DNA from: Balamuthia mandrillaris
Taxonomy: Eukaryota
DNA length: 64,000 nucleotides
Reading direction: 5' to 3'
NCBI GenBank assembly: GCA_031835245.2
Contig: JAVKOQ020000037.1
Coordinates: forward strand, 186,001-250,000
Below, piece by piece: positions 12,234-23,645 of the stretch; position 1 is the stretch's first letter; each line of letters begins with the position of its first letter. A model generated the notes under the pieces. The model had not been told where the DNA came from and did no database searches. It saw nothing but the letters and a program-made list of their open reading frames with translations. The position numbers and the translations under genes were made by a program.

Positions 12234-12638
12234 TGATGCCTCGATTTAGTAGGTGTGTGTCGGCATATAATAAATTTGCTATTGTGGGATGGGTGATCTG
12301 GCTTAATTAGGTAAAGAAAGGTGTCGACAAAAAAGCGCCACTCCAAACGGAAAAGAGAAGAGAAAAGCAACAACAGAAAAGACTGGTAGGAGAAGACAGC
12401 GTGTGGGAAGCAGCGAGCTCCTCTGTTATTATTTTTTTTGGTGGTTGCCTTGCTGTATTTGCTTAACCCCCTCACAGAAGAAAGGAGGTACGAAACTACG
12501 ACGAACAGTTTTTTTTTAAAAAATATGTGCTTTGCTTAACTTGTTTGACTCAGCTGCTTCCTTTTTTTTTATTTTAGCCGTCAAACGTTCAACCAAGGAG
12601 TCTTTTGAGTGTAGACTTTGCGCCAACAAACGAGAAGA

Positions 12639-14648
12639 ATGAGTGGTTCTCCATCATCTTCCACTGCTACCGCCACCACTACGCAACCAAAGTACCTCTC
12701 GCCAGAGGACATCAGAGCGATGCTCGTGGTGGAACTGCGTCTGGCCCTCAAAGAGCGTGGCCTCTCTCCGTGGGGCAACAAAGCCCAGTTGGTGCGCTTG
12801 CTCACTCAGCACCTTCACCCGCAGTACTTTCAGCAGCCGCCCGCCTCTTCTTCCCTCTCTCCTCACTCCCCACTTTCGACCTCGCTGTCCGCCTCTCTCT
12901 CTTCTCCCTCCCCATCCTCTCAAGGTTCTTCTTCTTCGTCTTCCTCTTCTCCCCCATTTGCTTCTTCTCCTCCTCCTCTTTCTTCCAACGTGGAAAACAT
13001 ATCTCCACTTAAACTTCCTCCCCCTTCTCCTCCTTCTTCGGCTTCTACCACACCAGTGAAAAGAAGGCGAATAAAAGACGAGGAAGAAGCAAATGGAGAA
13101 GCGGCAGCGAAGAAAGCGAGACGAACTTATGCAACAACTAATAGAGCCGGGAAGAAGGACAATACCAACAAAAACAAGAACAAGAAGCGAACGAAAGAAG
13201 AAGAGCAAGAAGAGGAGGAACTCAGACGAATCATCAAAGAAGGCTCACCTGGGGGAGTGTTGATGCAGTGGACTGGTATCAACCGTAGAAGAAAGAGAGG
13301 AGGAGGAGCCAAGACGCCACTTCTTAGCAGTAAACGTATGGTTCGAAGAGCAAAGACGCTCTTCCCTACTTCAACAGCGTCAACGCTGAGTCATTATGGT
13401 GATAGTGAAGAAGATGAAGCTGAACGACAGAGATTGAATTCTCTGCTGTTGAAACTGCCAGTCACCGTTCTGTTGCGGATATTCTCCTGTGTGCCTTTGC
13501 GCGTTCGGATTGGAACTATCTCTCGTGTCTGCAAACCGTGGCGGTACTTTCTTCTTGTTCTTCACGTTCTCCTTCTTTCTCCTTCTCGATTCTTCTCTGT
13601 CTTCATCTCGCTTTTCATCTTCTCTTCTACTCGCTTCATTCAATTTGTTAATTTGTTAATTGTTTTTCGTTAAAGGACGTTAGTACTGGCATCCCTATCA
13701 ACCGAACTCACAGCAGACCTTAGCCAAAAAGTACACAGAGGACGTCCCGCATTAGAGCTGCTCAGCACTTACTGCTCCAACCTTCGGACAGTTCGCCTCA
13801 GCGGCGTGTTTCTTTCAGATGATCGGCTAAAGCATCTCTCGCGGTGCTGTCCACTATTGGAGGTGGTAGAGCTGAGCAACGCTGGTGGGAAGGCACTGAC
13901 TGACAGTGGCATTGCTGCCCTCTGCCAGAACTGTCCTAACCTGCGCGATCTCGACCTCTCTCGCTGTTATCAGATTGGAGATACCTCTGCTCTTGCTCTT
14001 TCCAAAGTTTGTTTTTCTGTTTCTTTTCATCTCTCTCTCTCTCTCTCTCTCTCTCACTTTCATACATATTTTCTTTAGCTCATTCTTTTCCCTGACCGAC
14101 TCTTTTAACACCTTATTTAAACAGTGTAAAAAACTTCAACGAGTGAACATGACATATTGTCACAACGTAACAGAAGAGGGCGTTGGTATGCTAGTCGAAG
14201 GCCAATCGGCGGCTGCTCTCCGTCACCTTACCTTTACTAGATGTGTTACCGATGACAACCTACGACAAATGGCTGCTCACACTCCTAATCTTTGCTCCCT
14301 TTCCATCCAACAAAGCACTGTCAGGTAACTGCTCCTTTTCTTTCCTTCTTGTTCTTTCTGTTCGTTCTCTTGCCGTTTCTTTTCCATCGTTCCATTATTA
14401 ACGAACGAACAAATAACAGCAAAGAAGGTTTAGGAGCGCTTATAAAAGGCTGCAAACAACTAAAGAAACTCAACGTCAAATTTTGCATGAAGCTCAAAGA
14501 GGAACACGTGTTGAGCATCCTTCGGGCAGCCCCCCACTGCAACATCAAGTTTCACAAGTGGTCCAAACGTGCGGAAGCTCTTCGACAAGAGATACAAGAT
14601 AAGAAAGAAAAAGAAGACGAAGAAAAAACTGGAAGATTAGGAAGATAA
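12639..14648 (+). CDS. SAP-domain, F-box and leucine-rich-repeat protein (FBXL-like, multi-exon)
   Basis: SAP motif LVVELRLALKERGLSPWGNKAQLVRLL; F-box LLKLPVTVLLRIFSCVPLRVRIGTISRVCKPW; Cys-type LRRs (CPNLRDLDLSRCYQIGD, CKKLQRVNMTYCHNVT). Confidence 0.85.
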
Positions 14649-14667
14649 CTTTTTGTTTTTTGAAGGC

Positions 14668-16587
14668 TCAGATGGAAGAAGTTACTTTCTGCTTTCTTCT
14701 TACATTTGTCTTCTTTTCTTTCTCCTTCTCCTTCTTCTTCTTTTGCTCCTCAATCATTTGTGGAGTAATAGCTCCAGAAGGTTGAGCTGCCTCTTTTCTC
14801 CTTCCTCCTTTGCTTTCTTTCTTCGGTGATGATGAGGAAGAAGATGGAAAGCAAAGCTCATAAATTTGACGATAGTCGCTGACAAAATGAGGGACGAGAC
14901 CGCGACGCACTTCCTCATCCAACTCCTCCCAATCCTTCTTGTTGTCCGCCGGGAAGATGATGTGCTTCACGCTGGAACGTTTGGCGGCGATGGTCTTCTC
15001 TTTCACTCCGCCGATGGGGAGCACTTTGCCGGTTAGTGTGAGTTCGCCCGTCATCGCAATGTCGTTGCGCACTGCTCTTTGCATTGCTAATGAGAGAAGT
15101 GAAGTCACCTATTTGAAAGTGTTAATCAAAAGAAGAGAAAACAAAGAGGGAAGCAGAGAAGAGGAGGTGTGAACCATGGTGCAACCGGCAGAAGGACCAT
15201 CTTTGGGGGTGGCTCCCTCCGGAATGTGCATGTGCAGCGATGCTGTGTTGAAGAACTTATTTTCTGGCGCTGTTTTTTTTCCAAGGTAAGCAACAAAACT
15301 TCGAAATGATGTGGAGAGAGAGAGAGAGAGAGAGAGAGTACCAATTTGAGATAAGAGATTCTTGGCATAAGTATGAGCAATGTGAGTGCTTTCCTTCATG
15401 ACGTCGCCCAGCTGTCCGGTGATGGTAAAGCTGCCGCTTCCCTCCGCGGAGGGCTCCTCCCCTTCCTCGTCGCCACCTTCTTCTTCCGTCAGCTGATCGC
15501 TTTCCACATTTTGCTTTGTTTCTTCTTTGTTGACACCCACTCCTTCTCCATCTATTACAGTTGCTTCCTAAATTTTTAAAACAAAAAGAAAGTCAGAAGA
15601 AGGGCATTTATCTTGCTTCATCTTCCTTCTCTCTTTGTTCTCTGCTTCTCATGTGTATTGTTTGCTACATACCTCTTTCTCTGATGAAGGAAGGTAGAAT
15701 CTATCATTGACAGTTTCTATGTAGAGAGTGGCACCTCCCATCGAAGTCCATGCCAATCCCATGACAACACCCGGCGGCGTTTCGTCATAGAATCTATCAG
15801 AGATGAATTTAGGCTGACCCACAAATTCGGAGAGATTCTCTTCGGTGACAACAATCGATAATGTTTGTTTACTTGTTTCTTCTTGCGATTCTCCTTCTTC
15901 TTCCTTTTTGGTTTTGCGTTTGTTGTTTTTGGAGGAAGAAGATGAGGAAGATTCTCTATGGCGAGCAACTTGGAAGGCAATCTTTCGAAAGATCTTTTCG
16001 ATTTGCTTTTGAAGGTCTCTTACTCCAGCTTCTCTGCAGTACTGTTGGATAAGAAGACGCAACGCTCCATCTTTTATCGTTCCTTCTTTCTGTGATTTGT
16101 TCGAAAGTTAAACAAAGAAGAACGAAGGAAGAAAGAAGAAATGACAAGAAACTGCAAGAAAGATAAGGTACCACTTTCAGACCGCTCTCACTGCGAGCTT
16201 TGGGAATAATGTGTTTTTTGGCGATCTGCATTTTCTCCTCATGAATGTAACCAGAGAGACGTACCACTTCCATACGATCCAAAAGCGGTCCTGGAATGGT
16301 ATCCGTCTCATTCGCAGTACACACAAACAATACCTTTGGTTGAGTTCACAAAAATTCTATAAGTTTTAGAGAACGAATCAAGAAGAAACAAGGAAGAAAG
16401 GAGAAAGTGCGTGCCTTGGACAGATCAAAAGGTAAGTCCAGGTAATGATCCAAGAACGCAGAATTTTGTTCAGGGTCCAAAACTTCCAACAAGGCAGAAG
16501 CTGGGTCTCCATGAAAACCTGTTCCCAGCTTGTCGATTTCTTTTTGTTTACATGTAAATGTTAATTTCGCCTTGAGTGTGAAACGAG

Positions 16588-16632
<45 letters not shown>

Positions 16633-18427
16633 AAACCATCGATTAAGATGACAGGATTGGCAGAGTGCATGTTTTTCATGCTTTGAATAATCTTGCCAGG
16701 CATGGCTCCAATGTACGTCCTTCGGTGCCCCTTAATCTCTGTTTTATTTTGTTTTGTTAAAGAATGAATAAGTTTTTTAAAAAATATGAACAACAAAAAC
16801 AAATATAACATAAACACCAAAGCAATACGGTACCTGTAACGTCGTGCATGCCCCCAACAGAAAACCTGAAAAAGTCCCTGTCTAAAGCTCTGGCAATGGA
16901 CCGTCCTATGCTCGTCTTGCCCACACCCGGAGGACCCACAAAGCACAAGATCTTTCCTTGAACAGAACCTTTCAACTTACCAACAGCCAAAAACTCAAGA
17001 ATGCGCTCTTTCACGTCTTTAAGGCCGTAGTGGTCCTCATCCAAGATGTTCTTTGCGTTGTGAAGGTTTAAATTTTCCTGCTTGTGGAGGCCCCATGGCA
17101 GCTGGGAGATCCATTGGAGGTATTGGCGCGTGACGCCATATTCGCTGGAACCTTTCTCCAAAGAGGATAATTTGTTCTGTGGTTTTGGTGTTGTTTTAAA
17201 GGAGATGAGAAAGAAGAAAACAAACGGCTGGGAAGAACGAAGAGAACGAAAGGAGTGATAAAGAATCAATTAAAAAAAGACGGAAAGAAATAAGTACCAT
17301 TTCTTCATCCACCACGTGTTGGACTTCTTCGGGAAGCTTGATTTTATTCAGCCGTTCACTCAAGTCGGTAAGAAACTTGTCTTTTTCATCACCGTCCATC
17401 CCCAATTGTTTCTCGATGTTCCGTTTCTGGCTTTCCAAGTAGTCTTTGCGTTGTCGCTCGTATACATTTCCTCTATGTTTATCACCGAAAGAACGTCAAC
17501 AAAAGTTACACAAAAACAAAGAATACGAAGATGAAAAAGGCGAACAGCAACAAAAAAGTACATACGCTGTACCACGCGAGTCCTGTCTTCTCGCCAAAAT
17601 TTGTAGCCGCTTCTGCAATAAGGCCAACGTCTTAGCCTGTCGCTCCTTCACATCCAACGTTTCTAATATTTCCTGTTGCTCGTAAGGATCCAGCGAGGCA
17701 AAAGCAGCTGCCAAGTCGGTCGCCTCGGAGGGGTTTAGTTTGTCTATGTTCTCCAAAAAGTTAAGATAGTAGCCGGCTGGCTCCCAGACGTGCAGCTGGC
17801 GAATGGTGTGCTCGATCGACTTGTAGTTGGCTTGAATGACGGGGTCGTCTTTGTTGTAGGCGGGTTCCTTTAAAAAATGTGTAAGAGACAAAAAGAACAA
17901 GAAACGAAACAGCAACAAAGAACTCAAAAATAGGGAGGGAAGAGCACAAGCAAAGCTTTTGAGGGAGAGAACGAAATGACGAGAGAGAGAGAGAGAGAGA
18001 GAGAGACCTTGACTTCCTCAATGTTAACAGAAAGCCCTCCGCCAGCGGTGGCAGGCACCGGAGAAGTGGCCCGAATGCGCCTGGACATGCTAGAAATGAA
18101 GACATACCACAGCTCCGAGCCCTCCGAATACTTCTTCAAGTAAAGCACATATCCCAGCTGTCCAACAGAATGGATTTCAGAGGGGTCAGTGATGTCCTGG
18201 GTGGAGCGAATGTCTTTGGTGAGGAAGAGCCCGACAAAGGGTTGCCCCTCGCTCATCATTTGTTGCAGACGAAGAGCCCATTTGCTGTCCACAATGGCAG
18301 GGAAATGGATCCCTGAGAAGATCGGATAAAGGTTCAAGGGAAGGACAGGCACTGTGCGTGGAGTCGGTGTGTTGCCCAACTTTTGGAAGAGGGAGCCCAG
18401 CCCTGTTGTAAAGGACAAGAAGAGACA

Positions 18428-18459
<32 letters not shown>

Positions 18460-18700
18460 AGGGAGGGAGAGAGTACCAGGTGGTAAGAATGTGGAATAGC
18501 AGGGAAAAAGGATAAAGAGGCAACAAGGAGACAAAAGAAAACGGAAGAAGAGAGCCGGGAAGAAGGGTTAAGAAGAAAGCAAAAGAGCAGAAGAAGTACC
18601 GCCATAGCCTGGGTGTAATGGGCGAATGGAGTTATTAGGGCTGGAAGGTGATGGGCAAGTTTTGTGAGAAACAGCTAACATTACAACATAGAGAGAGAGG

Positions 18701-18731
<31 letters not shown>

Positions 18732-18867
18732 AGCATCAAACGTACAGGCCTATGAACCGTGGTTCGTCGTTGTTGCGACCGTTGTTGTCCCCAGCACCAT
18801 TGCCACTGAGGTGCCTACTCGCCATAAACCACTTTAACCATCGAGATGGATGTTAGAGGCAGGAGAG

Positions 18868-18915
<48 letters not shown>

Positions 18916-18999
18916 AACAAGCAAAGAGAACAAGAGGACTTGAGCACAAGACGGGTGAAAAGAAGAAGAGCAGAAAACAGAGCCGACAGAACAAATAAA

Positions 19000-19038
<39 letters not shown>

Positions 19039-19457
19039 GGCTGGTGACGAGAAAGACCCAAAGAGCGTGGCAGAGAGGGAGCCGCAGCAGAGCGACGACA
19101 CAGGTGAGAGGCAGAGGTTGGCGCAGTAGTGGTAGGCGAGCAAGAAGCGGATTGTTTGTGGAAGCTTCGAAACGACCGCAGCGGAAGTGGAAGGTTGGTG
19201 GTTGCTTGTCGGAAAGAAGGAGAGCAGACAGGGTGGCGAGCATGGTGACTCCCGGACAACTGAGTTTGGTGGTTGATGAAGAGAGCAGAGTGTGGAGCGG
19301 AGGGTGAAGAAGAAGAAGAAGAAGAAGATCTGTAGCGAAACGAGGCGAATGGCCGTTGAGGGAGTGGTTGCAAAATAGAGTAGGAAAAGGGGTTGCCGCC
19401 CACCCGAACGGCTCGCGGCAGAGAACTTCCTCCTCCTTGCCAAGTAGACCGAAGCAT
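14668..19457 (-). CDS. LONP1: Lon protease, mitochondrial type (multi-exon)
   Basis: Walker [39 protein letters not shown], catalytic PKDGPSAG and GGVKEK. Arg/Ser-rich N-terminal presequence starting MLRSTWQ. Confidence 0.95.
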
Positions 19458-19827
19458 CTTCCTTTTGTGTTTTTTCGCCTCTCTTTTCGACGATTTCCTC
19501 GAAAAAAAAAATCCAAGTCCTAAGAAACGGCTCCTCGTAATAAATTCTGAGGGTCAATATCTTAAATAACGAAATTTCGTCAAACTCCGATCCAATCTAG
19601 TTTCTTATAATTTCCCTAAAAAAGCAAAGTTTAAACTCCGCCATGAAATTCTTCGTTTATTCTTTTTTTATTTTTGAGTTTTTTTTTTCTTTTTTTCTCT
19701 CTCTCACTACTTAGTTTCGCAGCAGTTCACCAGCCACAGCCGCGCGGGGGGGTAAACAAAAAGCAAGGGAGGAAAGAAGAACAATCAACCTTTTTCGTTT
19801 CTACACAAAAAAAAAACCTCAATCAAA

Positions 19828-20648
19828 ATGGGTCGTATGCACGCACCTGGTAAGGGTATTTCCGGCTCTGCCGCTCCCTATCGTCGGACTCCTCCTTCCT
19901 GGTTGAAGGTGACCAACGAGGAGGTCGCTGACAACATCTGCAAGCTCGCCAAGAAGGGTCTTACCCCCTCTCAGATTGGTGTCATCCTCCGTGACTCCCA
20001 CGGCATTGGCAAGGTCAAGTACGTGACTGGCACCAAGATCCTCCGTATCCTGAAGGCCAACGGTACGCTCCGATTTCTTTTCTCCCTTTTACTTTTCTCT
20101 CTTCACTACTACACTCTTGCCCTTTTTTTTTGGACTTGATTTTTGCTTGTGTTTTTTTGTTTGTGATTTTTGCGGCAATCACCCTCTTTTTTTTTCAATG
20201 TGTGTCTGATTTTTTGATTTATCTTTGTGACTACTTTATTCTCCGCTTTGAAACTTTTTAATCTCATTTCCCCTTTTTTTGTTTTCTCCCCTTGGACTTT
20301 TGAATAGGTCTTGCCCCTGAGATCCCCGAGGACTTGTACCACTTGATTAAGAAGGCCGTCGCCGTACGCAAGCACTTGGAGAGGTACAGGAAGGACAAGG
20401 ACGCCAAGTTCAGACTCATTCTCATCGAGAGCAGAATCCACCGTCTCAGCCGCTTCTACAAGAGGACCAGGAAGCTGCCTCCTTCCTGGAAGTAGTACGT
20501 TACCGCTTTCTCTCTTCTCTCTCTCTCTCGTCACACTTTAGCGACAACTTTCTCCTTTCCTCTCTTGTGTAGTCAATTGTTTATTTAACCTCCTGTCTTT
20601 CTTTTTGTTACCAGTGAGTCTTCCACTGCCTCTGCGTTGGTTGCCTAA
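19828..20648 (+). CDS. RPS13: 40S ribosomal protein S13 (uS15), 3 exons
   Basis: [18 protein letters not shown]...[16 protein letters not shown]...[17 protein letters not shown]...[13 protein letters not shown]; two GT-AG introns. Confidence 0.98.
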
Positions 20649-20926
20649 ACGTCGTTTTTGGAATCAACCAAACAAAAAGTTCCTCTCTTTTTTTTGCAAG
20701 AAAAGAAAAAGCAGTTCTTCATCCCAAATAAACCTTTGGCCCATCTTTGGCCCCCGGCCCAACCCCGCTTCTCTCTTTCTCCTTTTGTTTTGTTCTCCTC
20801 TCTTTCTCTTCCTTCTCTTGTGGTGTTGATATCTGTAATGTCTCTTTTGTTTTGTGAGAACGTTGGCTTGTAACGCTTCACTCATCCAAAGGCTTGAATC
20901 TCCTTTGTTTCTCTGCTTTCTCCCTC

Positions 20927-20978
<52 letters not shown>

Positions 20979-22279
20979 TTCTCGTGTTTCCTTTCTTCTT
21001 CGCTCTGCTTTCCTTCATTTCTTGGCGAAATTGCCGTCGCTTCGGATCGAACCGACGGTGGATCTCCTGACGATAAAAGGAAATTTAGCTTACGTGGCAG
21101 GGCAACCCTCGACCTATTTTTTTCAAACCGCCAATCCCCTGTCAGGTTGAGTTTTTCTCCGTCCAATCGGAGGTCATTCGTTGCGAAAATTCCCTACTAA
21201 AAACATTCAATTTCATCGGAGTAAACTTCCGCATTTTTGGGAGTCAATTTAAAAACAAAAGTTAAAGAAAAGGGAGTCCGTTTTCTTCTCAAACTCCTTT
21301 TTGTTTTTTGTTTGGTTTTAACCGCACACACGACACACAACGCACCTACGCCCTACTTGTTTTTTTTTTTGTTGTTGATCCCCCTCCTCTTCCACCACCA
21401 CCACCCTTTTTTTTCTCAGGTGGTTTTTCCCTTGTAACTTTTTTTTTGTGTACACATCTCTTTTGTAAAGAAATCGACTTGTTTGTTATTTTTTTTTTGT
21501 ATATCTGTACGTAAAAAAGTTGGTAACTCGTTTTTTTTCAAGGTACGTTCTCCCCAAGTCTTGTGTGATTTATTTATTTATTTTTTTGTCTTTCTTTTTA
21601 TTTATAATATCCATTTCGTTGCTTTTTTTTTTCTTTAGTACTACTCCGGAAGTATATTTTGATTTTTTTGTGAGAGTCACTACGATTACTTGTTTTTTTC
21701 TCGTTGTGCATCATCAACTTACGGTCTGTGAACTTGTTGAATCATCACCACCTCAACAGAAAAACAAAACCAAAAAGTAATATCTTCGTTTTTCTGTTTG
21801 TTTGATCCCCTCTTTTTTTTTTTTTTTTGCTTTTGAAGGCGGCCTCACCTCATTTCTTTCTTTTTTTTGTTGTGTGTTTTGTTTTTTGTCCATTCTCTCT
21901 CTTTTTTTTGTTTGTTTGATGTTGGTGGTGGAAACTTCTTCTCTTTGCTGCTGTGCATCATCATCACCCATCCTTCCTTCGTGAATTCGCGTTTGCTCTT
22001 CTCAACTGCTACTACCACATTGCTATCCAACTTTACGAACTTTGATTTTGTTGCACCTCGTGTTTTTTTGTTAAAAAAAATCATCCTATTCTTCGTTCAA
22101 CTCGCTACTACTAAACCGTTCTTTGTTTTTCCTTCCGATCGAGCAGGGTTTCCCTTTCTCCACGACAACAACAACAAACTCGACCCTCTCTCTTTTTGTT
22201 ATGCTAACACCCCGAAAAAAAATTTCTACTTAGGCGTATAATAGAGGAACCTGAATATCCATCCATAATAACTGCTAGA

Positions 22280-23406
22280 ATGCAAACTTCGATGACAACG
22301 TATTATCGCACCTCCTCTCCTTACATGAGACCTCTGGCAGACGAACAAGAGGTGGAAGAGGAGCGACGAAGCTACTTCCATTCTCGTCATCACCGCGACA
22401 ATGGGCGTGGACTAGTGCCCTATGCCATCGAAGAGGAAGATGTGGAAGAGGAAGAGAACTACGAAGAAGAGGTCGTAGAAAACGTCGTTTGGAAAGCAAC
22501 CTCCTCGAAGCTGCGTGACGACGATGCAGAGGAGGAAAAATGGAGGCCCTCTACTCCTGTTTCCTGTGCAGAAGAAGGAGAAGAAGAAACGAAAGCAACA
22601 CCTTCCGCTTCATCGCCAACATTGAAGCGACGTATATCAACGGAAGAGTTTGAGCGAGAGCGAGTCGAGTACACGAACAAGCAGCTGAAGGAGGCCGGGC
22701 TCTACGTGCCTCACAAGGCCCATTTCATGCGTCTGCGCTTGTTTGCGGCGGCCAACAGCACCTTTAGGTTCTTGTGCATGATCGCTCTGCCCACTCTCTT
22801 CCTGTTGGCTTCGATTGGCTTCATGGTTGACTCCCTTTCCGCTGATCCTGCTCATGTCCCGACCAAGCCATTCAATGTTATGGTGCATAGAGTACTATTT
22901 CTTTCTCTTTTTCTTTTCGAAGCTAACAAAACAAACAAACAACATCGCAGATGCCACACGAGAAGCGAGCAACACTCGAGTCATTTTCGCCACAATACCT
23001 CCAAATGTTGGAAGAGATGGTGCACCAATCCAACACTTCCAAGACGAGCCCCTCTCTCCGTCTTGAAGAACAAAAGGATGAAGGGAAGCCCCAACAGGAG
23101 AAACAACATTCAAGCAACAGCGAAAGATCCAGAAAGTCGTTTGCCACTTGTCAACAAGAACCTGCGGAGGAGCCGTCAGCCGAGTGCCAGCGGCTGACCG
23201 ACGCTCTCTTGAAAGCGCAGGAGAAGGTCAGCCAACAGGCTGACGCCTTGGCTCAACCCTCCCTCTTCTCCGGCAACACCGAAGGCAAGGCTCTCACGAC
23301 CATTCTGCACGAGCAAACGATCGGAAGGGGCATTCACATCTTTCGTTTTGCCTACAATGTGTTGCTCCAGCTTTCGACTCGATTGACTCATCTTTTTGGA
23401 TTTTGA
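22280..23406 (+). CDS. Hypothetical protein with an acidic N-terminus and one hydrophobic segment (probably 2 exons)
   Basis: ORF 22280 (TM-like FLCMIALPTLFLLASIGFMV) continues after a short intron near 22882-22950 into ORF 22951-23406. Confidence 0.65.
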
Positions 23407-23645
23407 AACATTGAAGTGAGTCCCATCTTTTTTGTTTGTCTGTTTGTGTTTACCATCATCATTCCTTTCTTTTTTTTTTTTTGTACACTGCTCTCTCTCT
23501 CTCTCTTTTGTTTTTTGTTCTTTCTTTCCGTTTTTTTTGTTTTGGAAGAAAGACAAAGGAGAAAGAGAGAGAGAGAGCGAGAGAGAAAAAGAAGGAATGA
23601 TTTTTTTAGCTTGCAAAGTGTATATAAAATCTCATTTACATAAAA

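Noticed and set aside
12020..12310. 96-aa + strand ORF that looks like a foreign gene fragment
   Set aside because: It has no ATG start and is antisense to the U3 snoRNA and its promoter.
20700..22270. Several 60-124 aa Phe/Lys-rich ORFs
   Set aside because: T-rich intergenic or leader sequence with no coding signature.
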